This document shows positions 15,014 through 28,599 of a stretch of DNA of 64,000 bases, piece by piece. The notes under the pieces were generated by a model. It did not search any database. It was not told where the DNA came from and saw only the letters and a list, made by a program, of their open reading frames with translations. Position 1 is the stretch's first letter, and each line of letters starts with the position of its first letter. Origin of the DNA: the human T2T-CHM13v2.0 reference genome, Homo sapiens; the NCBI RefSeq assembly GCF_009914755.1, contig NC_060939.1; one strand, given 5' to 3'. A program made the position numbers and the translations under genes.

Positions 15014-18000
15014 CAAATTCATCTTGACCCAGCCTTATTTCTTGGTTCTCTCCACTCAAAGTCTGACTCCTGCTTTACCACAACATCTTACCTGCTGAGT
15101 TCTTCCTCCTCCATGTTTCCCTGCTCATCCAGTTCTGCCCCACTGGTTTCCCAAGACAAGCCTGCTTCTTCTTCTCCTTGCCTGAGCCATCTCTTACCTG
15201 GTATAAATACTCCTCCTCTTTTTCTCTCCGACATAGGTCTTGGACTACTACTGCTTTTGACTGCCAAGGCACTATATAAATCAGAGCCTTGGAGGGTTTC
15301 ATTAAATAAACATTTATTAGGAAGCTTGTCTGAGCAGGGTACTACATTCAGACATTCAGTTTTCTTTCTAGACGCGGGAGGCAGTAAGACAAGCAAACTG
15401 AAGGTGCTGCTAGCTAGGACATCTTATGAGAATCACAGTTCTCTAGGAAGACATGTAGAGCTGCCCATGAACTTCTACATCAAGGAGACACAGAGTATCA
15501 GGACTGGAAAGAAATGCTGTGATCTTCTAATAATACAGTTCTCTTCCTTTAAAAATGAACCACTTACATGAGATCCAGGGAAGGTCACTTGTCAATAGTT
15601 ACTTAAAAGCAGGGAAGGTTCACCCAAGTGCACATTCTGTAATATGATTTCCATCCCCTGGCACTGGGGTCATGACACTTGAGGTTCCAGTTATTCTTCC
15701 TAGCAAGCTTCCAGTGATTCCCTGGGACATTCTTCTGCTGGAGCAGGAGCAAGACAATAGGAACCAATAGGAAAAATGCAGCTAGATACACATGGTGTGG
15801 ACTACCTTCAGGGCAAATGCCTTGTCCACCCTATAGTTCCCATCCCTGCTGTGGTCTCTGACTGACCATTTGTGTGGAATGAGCAAAAAGCCCTGAAGGC
15901 ACCAATGGGAGACCTCAGCCCCTAGGGTTTTACCCACATAGGGAAGACTATTGATGGTGTATGAAAGGTACCTGCTGCTAAAACCCACATTTCACATGTG
16001 TGTGAAGACCCAAGGCTCTTGGGCATCCATCAGGCAGGACCGTGGCTTTCTCACTCACCTCTGAGGTTCCGTGACTTCTAGCACAACACCTCCCCAGGAG
16101 GTGCTCCATGTGGGTTTGTAGAATCACTCCTTTCTTCACAATGACTTATTGGCTGACTACCAGCAAGCCTGGGACTTGGGAACATTGGCAGTCAAAAGCA
16201 ATAGTAGTCCAAGAGTGCCCTTATCTCAGCTAGCCTATTTGCCTGTCTGATGGTGCTTCTGGTTCCTCAGATACCTAATCTATTGTCTTCCCAGTGGGCT
16301 GCATCTGATAGAGTCTCCCAGAGAAGTTTTTTTGAAACACAGTGAGAAATGACTGTTTTAAAAGACTTCTTGATTATCTAAGGCATTTCAGGCCATGAGA
16401 CAAAGTGGGGGCACTATTTGGGGAGCCTATTGAATTGGGGTTGATCCCCCAGATCCTATTGCATTGGGGTTGCCTGACACCCAAACCATAGTTTTTCTCA
16501 CGAGGAGTCTGACCTCGCCTTATGGAGGAGGCAGAAAGGGCCAGTTGGGGATTGTTCCAGGAACAGCAGTCATTTTTCTAAGAGGTTTCCCATGACTTCA
16601 CTTTTCAATTCAATTTTGTAAGACCTAACAGGTTACCTGGCCCCAGAGTAGATAAGGTAGTGGAATTTTCCAGCCAAAACTGGGCTTTTAACCTGAGGAA
16701 GGAAAAGGCAGAAGTGACAACAGCACAGGAGCAGGCTTTAGGGTCAGATGAGCTGAGTACAAGACCCAGAGACCACATCACAAGAACAGGCTTTGGGGCC
16801 AGATGAGCTGAGTACGAGTCTCAGAGACCTGTTCACTTCCCAGGCCTGCCACGCCCGGGCTGAGGGGGAGCACTGAAACTGCCTCGGGACACTGAGGTGA
16901 GGGCGAAAGGGAAGCCTCCGGAGCCAAGTGCCAGTGGTGGTGTTTGTCGTTCCTCCGGCTTTAAGGTCTCTGTGGCACATGGAGTTGTGGGATTCCTTGC
17001 CTCTGGTAGCAAAGACGGAAGGTCCCCAAGTGGATACACAATCCTTAGGGCAGCCCAGGTGCCGCCAGCCAGAGAGGCCCCCTGAACCTCTTTCTGTGGT
17101 GAGATCCAGAGCCATGCCTGAGTCTTGGCATCCAAGATTTGTCACACTGCGGTCCCAAGTGGCCTTGCTTCCTTCTGCGCATCTACCTGGATATGATAAG
17201 TTCTTGTAACGGCAGAAACAGGGAATGTCTGTCAATATTTCCACAACATAAGTTCCTCCAGAGCAAGGACTCACACCTCGCTTTTCTATCTAGCTCCCGG
17301 GGGCTACCACAAGTGCTTCACACCCAGTAAGTGCTCAGTAAATGTTTGTGAAGTGAAGTGAACCAATGGTTAGCCTCTTAAGCCTTTTAGGCCTGGGGTC
17401 ATCAAAGAATGATACATTCACATATCCTCAGAGGGATGTTTGCCTTCTGCACATCTTAGCAGTGATTCCAAATGCCAAGTCCCAGCAACTCAGTGGCCCA
17501 TAGCTACCACCCAAACAGTCAGATAGCAGCAGCACTGCTGGCCTTTCCTTGAGAGCTTATCTGTTGTTTAATGAACAGACTGTGAGGCCATAGAGATGTC
17601 CTAGAGCAGGGACACTCTGGCAAGGAAGCTCCTAGCTGACCCCAGAGTGCTGGGGCCACCTAGCCTCTCTGGACGTCCATTTCCTTATCTATAAAATGAG
17701 GGGGTTGAGCCACAGGGCCCCTCTTATCTCTGTATCTCTGTGTCTGCTGCCCAGCATTCTTACCCTTTGTCTTAGCTGCCCCTCCCCAGCCCTTCCCTGT
17801 GCCTTTGCCCTGCCGCCTTCCTTGGTTCTTTTCTTCCACGTTGTCTTAGGCCAGCCAGTGGTGCCTGTAGGCCCAGGTATGCAGAGATACACTGAGACAT
17901 CAGGGAGGCTGGGGTGCATGTGGCCCACTTTGGCCAACTTCTCTAGCTCTTCTCATTTCTTTTAGAGTCCCAGACCCATTCTAAGGATCCAGTGAACGTG

Positions 18001-21000
18001 GTGGAATCTTGCTCTGGAGAAACACACTCGGGAATCAACATGCAAAGTTTCAGTACAATTCTGGGATCCCAGACCCCCTAAAGCCCAATCCAAAGACCTC
18101 AAATGAACAACTCCTGGGCCCAGTTCCTTTCTCAACCTTCTGCCTCAGGTGTCCAATGTCCCAGAGGCTCTTTCCTGATTAAAACCACCTTCACTGACTG
18201 ATAGAAAGTTGTTTCCAGGTTATAAGAGAATACAATTTCTCTTGAAGATTTTTCATTTTAACTAGACCCCAAATTACAGTTGATAATGGGGTGTTACATT
18301 TTTCGGTCCACAGAATCAGTGAGAAACGTTTAAGGGGAAAGTGAGGGGCAAAATTGGTACCCTGATATCCCATCTGTGGGCCCTCAGACTGACAGACTCA
18401 CACTGTGGCCCTGAAGAGGGCATCAAGGCTCATGGAATCTCCAGGGTTCTGCCAAGGAGGGTTCCAGTGCATGGAGGGCACACGGAGTGTGCGCCTGTGG
18501 AGGCCACTGTCTTCACCTCCAACACTGAGTAAATCTACAATATCCTAGCCACTAGCCACTGTTTTAGGCTCTAGGCTGTAGGAATATGGGGAAATGAGGT
18601 TGTTGCTCTTACGGAGTTAATCTGGGGAAGACAGATTGCACAAGTGTTCAGAGGCATAAACAGCTATGAAAAGAGAGGAGAAAGTGACTACCCTAGGAAG
18701 GTCACCTATGGCTTTATGAGTAGGTCTTGAAAGAAAAGCATTACTCTGCAAGATACCAAGCTGAGGAAGGGCATTGCAGGTAGAGAGAATGAGAAACTAA
18801 TTGGCTGGGGAAACTCAAAGCTGCTTCTGCATTCCTCCCCACACCATTCACATTCCTGTGTCCAGGGGGACCCTCTATCACTATGTCCACTGCTAGATCT
18901 CTACCTTAGTTTCCTCATTAGAAAAAAATGGGGGAAATAGTGGTATTTCTTGATGTGGTTACTAGGAGGAAGAAACGAGATAAAGCCTGTTAGGGCCTTA
19001 TCAGGTGTCTAGCATATAGCAAAACCTCGATAAACTTATTATGATTCAGTCTCCAGCAAGAGCAGAAATAATAATGGACAGTCCCTGGGGTAGCTGGAAG
19101 GAACAGTTTGGACTGGAGTTGTGCCCTCAGGGGTCCCTAAAGAGCTATATGCCTTTGAAAAGGTTACTATATCTGTCTTGAGAACATGGAGCAGGTTGGG
19201 GAGTGGGGTAGTCGTGTAGCTCCCAATACATCCCTCTTGTCACAGCTATATTAGGGGATCATGTGAGAGCCACGAGGTCACTGAACACACTTGTTGGGAT
19301 TCTCAACATTTGCCTCCAGTGCCCCTTCCCACCCACACTTCCTTTTATGTGTCATTTCCCCACATTTTCTATCCACCTACTATCCTCTGCCCAGTCAGAG
19401 GATATTACCTCATCAAAATAATTCATATCCAGGGACTAATCCTTCAACTTGTTCTCCCTCCTGGGATATTTTCATTGTAACATGTACCTGGAGAAGTTCC
19501 TAATTATCATTAAGCAAATGTTTGGCACACTCTCAGCTCTAGGGAAGCCTGCAGTCTACTATTGGGAGAGAAAACTAAGAAGCTTGGTACTGTTGACAAG
19601 TACAAAGAGATATTAGCATACAGACGAAAGGAGGCTTCACGTGAATGATGGGACTTGTTCTGGGCCTTGAAATGTGGTTGAGATTTTGATGGCAAGTAGA
19701 GGAGAGGTATTTGCAATGCTGGAGGTAGGAGTGCATAAAGCAGTTGGGGGATAACAAAAATGAAGAGGCTAGATTTGTGTTAGGAAGCAATAATATCTAT
19801 TGTGGAAATATAAGTAGAAAGGCAGTTGATGAGGGACAATACAGGAGAGGCAGTGCTCTCTTAGTCGACCCCGGTTTCTAATTTGTTCATTACCTCCCAT
19901 TCAGTGATACGAGGAAAGTAAAGGAGGTTTTGAGAAAAACAGAGCAAACTCAACTAGCTAAACTGCCTGTGGGTGCTGATAGCAGAGGCCAGGCATCTTC
20001 AGAAGTCTATTATCAGCCTTGCAAATAATTTTAAAATTTTTCATCTAATTTAACTTACGTCTCATAGTCGACAAGAACTAGGTTTGATTATCCATCTTTT
20101 CTACCACACTTGGTTGCAAATGACCTTTGACTGCTTCCCAAATTAAGTCTATCTTCAGTGATTGATTGAAGGATTGGCCCCAGTGAGATATCTGTATGTG
20201 ACTTTTTACTTCTGAGACTTCAAGCAGTCTTCAGTTCTTCCTTAATATTTGACTGTGGCCCCACCCCCCTCCATTTTTGCCATTTTTGCTTCTTAGAATA
20301 CCAATTAGACAAACATTCAGTCTCATGGATCCATCCTTCATATTTCTTGCCTGGTTTCTCATATTTTTCATCTCTTTTCTCTTTGTGCTACATTCTGGGA
20401 TAATTCCTTGATTGACTCTCTCAATCCAGTTTGTCATCTGTTTGTCCTTTCGGGTCGTCCATTCACATTTTTATTTCAAAAACTAAAATATTAATGTCCA
20501 CTATCTGTTTATGTTTTTATGGATGCAATATCTGTTTGTGTCTCTGATGCTAACAATTCAATATATACTTGAATATATTGAATGTTTTGAATGATCAGTA
20601 AGTCTCCTCAGGTATAAACTCTGTTTACAACTTGCGGTTTCCTTTCAAGGTGTTGGCATTCCTCAAATGCACAGTGATTACTTAATATGTGCTCATTTGT
20701 GGCTGAAATTTCCTGTTAGTTGGCTAACAGGAAAAATGAGATGAGATGGATCGAAGGGAGCTGTGGGGTCCTATGGGAGGATGTAACAGAAAACCCTCCA
20801 GAACCTCAAACAGGGTCATGGGCTCCCTTAAGCTGAGTCTTAAGGGTGAGTGAGTGTTTGCCAGGAGAAGAAATGGCCAAGGAGTGACTTATTCCAGGGA
20901 GAGAGAACAGTGTGTTCAAAGGCCCTGATGGTGAGGGAGGCAATGTTCTTACCCAAAGTAGGAAATCTCCCTCTTTCCAAATTATGTAGGCATTATTCAG

Positions 21001-21289
21001 TAATTGGGGGCAAACGCTATTTGTTCTAAGGGTCTCTGGAACAGCTGATCAGTAAATTCCCACATGGTTTCTACCCAACAGGGTATGGGGAGTTGAAGGG
21101 AGGGTAGCCCCAGTGCAGGTGGGCTTGCCCTAATTGATGTGTTCACCATTTCTCATTAAAGTCATTTATGACATGGGAAACAGAGAACGGTCCCTTGTCT
21201 CTACAAAAACCCAGTTAAAGTAATTAAAAGGAATCTTTACTCAACAGAATATTTGAAAGCAGATTACATTTTCAGTTTGTTATGCTTAC

Positions 21290-22010
21290 AAGTGGCTGAG
21301 GAGGGGAGGCTCTCTGATGTTCCACTCTTCAGAACTGGGATCAGCACCACTGTTGAAAGTCAGGAAGCCCTTAACTGCTGGAATGGAAACTGTCCATGAT
21401 GCCCAAGTTCAGTGGAGACAAAATCCATGGCTTGCTTGATATTAATCCCAAGTTCCACATGAAAGCTGTTATCAGCGGTCCTGAGAAATCAGCAGGTGGG
21501 GCAGGCGGGGAAGTCAGGGAGCTTTTCCACATGCTAGGATATGATTTAAGTAATGAGATTACTTCTGAACAAGCACCCTGGAGGTGACAAGCTTTTTAAG
21601 GATGGATAAATAATGTGTTTGCTAAAGAGCTCTCTTTTCACACTCTTGACAGTACTATAGGAAGCAGTCATTTTCTCACACTGTGGGAACTATCCTGAAA
21701 ATGATGGCCCCAGAAGTGACAAAGTTGCCCAAACAGTTCAGCTGAATTCAGAGTATCATTGCCCAATTTTATGGGAGCCCTAGCTTTGCTCACATAGAAC
21801 CAGACATTTATTTAAAGGTAATGTTTTCCACCAACAAATGCTTAATGGGCAAGGCAGAGTATCTTTATCACCACAGCAGAATCAAAAGTGCACATTCCTG
21901 GAAGAAGCGTGTCTGTACAGCTTATTAATAAACAGCATTGGCTCTAGAGAGCCTGCTCTTCAACACCACCCCCTCTACCTAACCTTGGGAATATCTGAAA
22001 TGGAAAAAAT
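21290..22010 (-). other. CYP19A1: Probable untranslated exon I.2 region
   Basis: About 13 kb upstream of the ATG in non-repetitive sequence; donor CTT|GTAAGC at 21290/21289. Partly from recollection of I.2 primer sequences; 5' boundary uncertain. Confidence 0.35.
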
Positions 22011-25000
22011 AAGGACAAATTCTTCAGCAGGCTTAGCTGTACAATCTTTAGGTCTTATGGAAACTATACAAGATTCCTTTTACAAAGAAACTCAAACCAG
22101 GTTTAACAGCCTATATTTAAGAAGCTTCCATTTCTGCGGAAATCTGAGGGCAGCCAATGGTTATTCAGCCCACTGCTATGACCTGAGAATTGGGGAATTG
22201 GTGGATGTATGACAGGAAGATATACACCCTGACACCTACCCCATGAGTGTAGCAGGGGAGAGGTGGGAGTGGGGGTCCTGCACAAGTCATTCTGGGGTCA
22301 CCGCTAAACATTCTGATCTGCAAAGGCCAATAAAATGCTGTTAAAATGGCAAGTGGTAAATACCAAATATACCATTTAATAGACCTGTAACCTTGGCTGG
22401 GCAAGTGACTTAACCTCCCTAAGCCTCACATTCTATAACCGGGTAATGGAAGTAGCACCTGCCTCCCAAGGTTGCTGCAAGGATTTTAGAGCTCATTTCC
22501 ATAAAACACCTAACACAAAGGCAAACACATGTTTGCTCCTCAGTAAGTGATAGCTAATGTTAATGGCAGAATCATATCCTTCAAAAACAAAGCGATCATA
22601 CCCTTCAAAAAACAAAGCAATCAGGAAGAAGAAAAATATCCCACTGAGATCTATGCTTTGAAGAAAGAGGTGTAGTCAGATGATGGGTGGGCAGTGGGTA
22701 AGGAATCATGGGCAAGTCTGCCTAAGACTGTCCCAATTTATGCCTGTTGTCCTGGCACCATTATTAATTGCACCCCCTCCAATCTTAAGTGTCTCCTTTT
22801 GGATAATAAATTGTATGGTCACCTAATTACATGTGAGTGGCAAGGGTGCTTTAGGCAGCAGCCTCCCCCTTTCTCTCTGCCTGCAGCATCAATACTGCCC
22901 TCGTTGCTGCTGGTAAGAATGAGCACAGCTACCTTTTATTGAGTGCCAAACTTCACCTTATTATATCTAAACCTCACAATCAGACCCATGAAGTAGATTC
23001 TATTCTCATATCCACTTTACAGATGTGGCTTGGCAATATTAGGTAACTTGCCCAAGAGTTCATATTCCACCAAGTAACCAAGTGTAAACCTTGTGGTCAT
23101 GGCCCCAATTCACTACACTTCTGGGTTGGAAGTAATAGCAGGCCTAGGTAGGCCCTCCAGGCTGGGGCAGGACACAGGAAGGTGAAGGGTAGTGATTCGG
23201 TAAGGACAAGAAGAGCCATTCTGGGATTTTCCCTTAGCAATCAAACTGGTCTCCCACAACCTCGAGGGCCCAGACCACAAACAGCCCTAGGAAGGGTGAA
23301 GCTCACAGGACTGTGGGCTCTTGGGTTGGCAGCCAAGAGGAGCTTTGCCTCCATGTCATGGCGTAAGGAATCCAAACAGGCCTTGGCTTCCTGGACATTG
23401 TGCTCCAGCACCTGAGCCCAGGTCTCCAGGATCAATCCCACACAGCGCTGCTTCCATTGCAATGCTTTCCTCCAAATGTTATTTCAAAGTGCTGAGCCAC
23501 TTAAAAACAGCAACAACACATGAAGGTCAAGTTTTTTTTTCCCCTAACTTTTCAAGGTGGCCTGTGGAACATAATAACTTTTAATTTTTGGATCCTAGTG
23601 CTACTTGCAGATCACAATGGGCATTTTGTGTGTGCAAATGTGTACATACTGGTAAATGTACATGCATGCATATACTTCTATGCATGTATTATCACAATAA
23701 TAGCTAACACTTATTAAGTGCTTACTCTGTGCTAGGCACTATTCTAAGCACCTTTTAGCCAATAGTCTTATTTAATCCTCATATTGACTCTGTGAGTTAG
23801 CTGTTACCAATGAAGTCCAGAATAGAAGCAACTTGCTCAAGGTCATCCAGGGATTGAGTGGTAAAACAGGACTCAGAACTAGGCTCTGTCCCTTTGACTG
23901 CCTCTTGCTTTCTTTTCTCCCCTCTCCTTTGTGCTGGGCAGATAACATTATATTTATACCCTACCTACTTGCAAAGGACCGGAGGCAGTAGGTAAGACTC
24001 TGGGATGCTGCCAGTGGCTGTAACCATTTTCTCTCCTTTTAGTTTGGGTTGCACACTTCCAAATCACAGTTCCTAGCCCACAGCACTTGTTGTTCTCTCC
24101 AGCCTGCCGACACCTCTCCTACCATTGCTCTCCTTCATTGTATATGACTACATTTGGCATTTGGTATATATCCTTGGTGACATTTCTAGCATATCTTTAT
24201 TCCAACAAAGCCCAAGTGCTTGTTTAATTTTAATGCATGCGACTTGACTCTCCTATAAACTATCCTGTATGTGCCTCAGCCTCGTTCCAGCAGGACTCCT
24301 ACTAGCCAATGCTGCACATTTATGTGTTCTAGAAGAGCCTCTGCCTTCAGGAGGATCCACTTTGGAAAAGGCCCTCCTTCAGCAGAGCTTGGACTGGAGT
24401 CCAGGCCCCCTGCTCCACATTCCTTCCCCCATCTATTCCCTCCCATCTCCAACCCCTGCGCCAGTCTCTGGAAGAACTAACAGAGGTGTACGATATGTAC
24501 CTATTGCCTGAAATTCTAAGGTAAGGTCTGTTGAAATTATTACAAAGATTTACAAAAATGAAGGAGTCTTTTAGAGAAGACTTTTCTTTTTAACATGTAA
24601 ATCTGATTTATTTAATTTGAAGAGTTTAAATCCAAAAAAATGGGGAGCCAGCAATACCCAAGGAACCAAAGTTGACCAAAGTGAATGCCACTAATGACAC
24701 ATTCGACAAAAGCTTGAGAAAGTGGGAAAGTCTTAGGAAGCTGGAGGTTCAGTGTTGCCCCCATCCCTCCACCATCATTGACAAACTGTGGCAGTTTAGG
24801 CAAATCAGGAAATCTCTCTCCCAGTCCCAGAATGAGCATGTGTAAAATGAGACTAATGATCCTTGCCCTCCCGCCATTCAGGATATGATACGTCATTACA
24901 GGAGACAACAAGTAGGAAAGGACTGAGAGAATTGTGAAGTACTGGGTAGAGTTGGGACTTACTGTGATTATTATCACCAAGGACATCTGTCTAGTAATCA

Positions 25001-26358
25001 TCAAAGCCCAAAATATTTTTTTTCCTTGAAAAATAATGGTGTATCCGTTACACACAGTGATCAGTTCCTGGCATACACTACATTTATAAATAATTGTAAC
25101 AACCACATTATTCTGTCTATATGCAAGAAAACATGGTATAATGAAAGAACCCAGAGAGAAACCAGATTGTTTTCAATTCTCCAGTTTCAAGGGGGATTTG
25201 GGGGAGTGAATCGGACACTGCACCTAGCTTCCTTTGGCTCAAGTCAACCAGCTCTTTTGCCAAGGAAGACTTTGTAAGCTTTTCTTGTTGAGTTGCCATA
25301 GGTTGGATGAGGTGGCTAAGGAAGGGTCAGGGGAAGGGAGGGTGAAGATGGCATAGTCTTATCAGGGCTGAAGAAACCAGGCATGGTAAGACAGTTCTCT
25401 AAATGCAAACGGTAAACCTTGGAGCTAGCCTTCCTCAACATCTTTAACAATGAGTCCAAAGAAGGTGCTAGGGCTGCACCAGACTGATATTCTTCAGAGG
25501 TAGAGAGAAATGCTAGACAGATGGGGAGAAGCCACAGAAAGCCAGTATGAGTGGGCAGAGAAAAGACAAAGATAGGTGACACATTTTGTGAAAAAATTGC
25601 CCCAAATTACATTTATGATTCATCCATTTACCAGCTTTCCTAGAACCCTGAACACCAAAAAAGTGCAATGCATGGTGTTAGGATTCCAGTATTGGGGAGA
25701 GAAGGACAGGTAAGAAGAACACTAAATGAATATTGTTTTTGCCTTTAATGATACATCTAGAGAGAAAGACATGAACACAGATAAAAACAGCAAAGCTTTA
25801 TGTGATAAAATGCCGCAGGAAAGGCATATGCCAATTATCAAAGTAGACCAGTGAAGGGCAACAGGAATCAGCAACTGTCTCCCAGTGAGGCAATCTTTCT
25901 TGTCTGGTGGAATCACTAGGATTTTGCTGAAACTAGATGGTGGCATGCTCTAGGTGATGATATACGACACAGATTCAGATGTATTTTGAGTGTTTTCCCA
26001 GAAATACTGGTCCTAAAGGGCTGCTGAAGCCTTAGTGATGTTGGGAAATTTTTGGAAAAGCATTAAATGTGAAGTCAGGGGAAAGCATTAAATATAAGAA
26101 AGCCTATAGAAGCTAACCCACAGCATATCTGAGGTAAACCATGCTATCATATGCATCCATTGTGACTAAAAACGTCTGGTTCCTTTTAAAAGGCTAAAGC
26201 AGGCCCACACAGATAGCTTGGAAAGAGGTTAATTGGAACCAGCTGAGACGGACTGAGATTACCACGGGTTTTCGGGATATTGAGTCATTTAGAAGTCAGA
26301 GGTGGTGTCTCAGGCTATCCCAAAGTTAAGAGATTGTTTACTTCAAAATCAAAGGAAG

Positions 26359-27145
26359 TGAGAGACAGAACTAGATGGATTTCCTAGGCCGACTAAGAAT
26401 TCCTAAGCCTAGCTGGGGAAGGTGACCGCACCTACCTTTAAACACAGGGCTTGTAACTCAGCTCACACCCGGCCAATCAGGTAGTAAAGAGGGCTCACTA
26501 AAATACAAATTGGGCTAAAAGCAGGAGGTAAAGAAATAGTCAAATCATATATTGCCTGAGAGCACAGAGGGAGGGACAATGATCAGGCTATAAACCCCAG
26601 GCATTCGAGCCAGGTGTGGGCAACCCTGTTTGGGTCCTCTCTCCTTGTATGGGAGCCCTGTTTTCACTCTATTAAATCTTGCAACTGCACACTCTTCTGG
26701 TCCGTGTTTGTTCTGGCTCGAGCTGAGCTTTCATTCACAGTCCACCACTGCTGAATGCCACCATCACAGACCCACCATTGACTCCCACCTCTCCGGATCC
26801 AGCAGGGTGTCCACTGACCTTCTGATCCAGCGAGGTGCCCATCGCCACTCCTGATCGGGCTAGAGGCTCGCCATTGTTCCTGCATGGCTAAGTGCTCAGG
26901 TTCAGCCTAATCGAGCTGAACACTAGTTGCTGGGTTCCACGGTTCTCTTCCATGACCCACGGCTTCTAATAGAGCTATAACACTCACCGCATGGCCCAAG
27001 GTTCCATTCCTTGGAATCTGTGAGGCCAAGAACCCCAGGTCAGAGAACAAAAGGCTTGCCACCATCTTGGGAGTGGCCCACAACCATCTTGGGAGTGGCC
27101 AACCACCATCTTGGGAGCTCTAAGAACAAAGACCCACCCGTAACA
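26359..27145 (+). mobile_element. Solo LTR17 (HERV-W LTR), 787 bp
   Basis: TGAGAGACAG...CCCGTAACA termini; CCAAT, TATAAA and ATTAAA signals; repeated CACCATCTTGGGAG in U5; 4-bp TSD GAAG at 26355-26358 and 27146-27149. Confidence 0.9.
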
Positions 27146-27721
27146 GAAGGAGCAGGCCAATGTCATCCAAGACCTTGCAGTTCTATAATCTTATCAGAGA
27201 AATGAGTAATGGGTATTATTAACACGACCTACCAAAACTTCATAAAAAAGCAAAAAGAGGAAGATAATGCTTTTGGTCAGTTAATACTAACTGCAAGTCA
27301 AGGAAATAAAGAAAGCAAGTGTGTTTCTTCAAATGTATGGGTTTTTTAGCCATTTCATTACAGATGGCACAATGCCTTGATATAGCTAACTGCATAAGCA
27401 CTCGTGTTGCATACAACTGGAAATAAAACTGACCACTTGACAAGTGCTGTGGGGGTAAAGAGAACAGAAAGAGTTACTTTCGCGGGGTAGTCAAGGAGAG
27501 TTTCAGAGAGGTCATGGTGGAGGAATAGAATTCCAAGGAGAGAAGTGTGGGGCAGGTCCTCCCAGGGAGTAAGAATAGCATGCAAGTGAGGGCCCATTGG
27601 AGAGGCTGATGGGTGAAGCAGTAGAGTCTTCAGGTTCTGGGCCACTTCTCACTGCCCACCATCTCTCCCCCAATCAATTGTTATTTCATCTCTGAAAGTC
27701 CCTCCTTTCCCCTTTCCTCTC

Positions 27722-28211
27722 TGTTGGGAACAGGCCCCCAAATCTGGCCATAAACTGGCCCCAAAACTGGCCATAAACAAAATCTCTGCAGCATTGTGAC
27801 ATGTTGGTCATGGCCATAATGCCCATGCTGAAGGTTGTGGGTTTACTGAAATGAGGGCAAGGAACACCTGGCCCACCCAGGGCAGAAAACCACTTAAAGG
27901 CGTTCCTAAGCCACAAACAATAGTATGAGCGATCTGTGCCTTAAGGACATGTTCCTGCTGCAGATAACTAGCCAGAGCCCATCCCTTTGTTTCTGTAAGG
28001 AATACTTTTAGTAAATCTATATTCTATAGAAACAATACTTATCACTGGCTTGCTGTCAATAAATATGTGGGTAAATCTCTGTTCAGGGCTCTCAGCTCTG
28101 AAGGCTGTGAGACCCCTGATTTCCCACTCCACATGCTATATTTCTGTGTGTGTGTCTTTAATTCCTCTAGCGCACTGGGTTAGGGTCTCCCCAGCTGAGG
28201 TGGTCTCAGCA
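27722..28211 (+). mobile_element. Solo MER9 LTR (HERV-K9/HML-3), 490 bp
   Basis: TGTTGGGAACAGGCCCCCAAATCTGGCCATAAACTGG start, AATAAA, ...GGTCTCAGCA end; TSD CTCTC. Confidence 0.88.
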
Positions 28212-28599
28212 CTCTCTATTCTCAAGGCCATCCATGAGCTTTCATCAGCCCTCTCTTGAAACAGAATCACAACAAATAACCCTGACCCTATTCTCTCCTC
28301 CTACCAATTTTTCTTCCTTACTGCTGACAGTTAGTCTTCCAAAATCTATAGAGTTTGCCATGTCATGCCTGGACTCACAGACTTGAGGCCTCCTCACTCC
28401 CCCAGTGCTAGGGTTATTAATATACGATTTCCCCATTTCTGGCAAAAGAAACTACTTGACTTCCTGTTCTGCAATAAAGAAAATATAGTTGCACACTTAA
28501 ATTTGGAGAAAAGGCTGCAGTGACATGTCCTAGCTCTTAGAAAATTTCATGATACTTGCTTTGGCCTTTGGCAGACAGAGCATGAACCCATTGGGTAGG

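Noticed and set aside
20557-20582. AT-rich hairpin TTCAATATAT...ATATATTGAA
   Set aside because: A 10-bp AT-rich stem inside old L1-like sequence; expected by chance.
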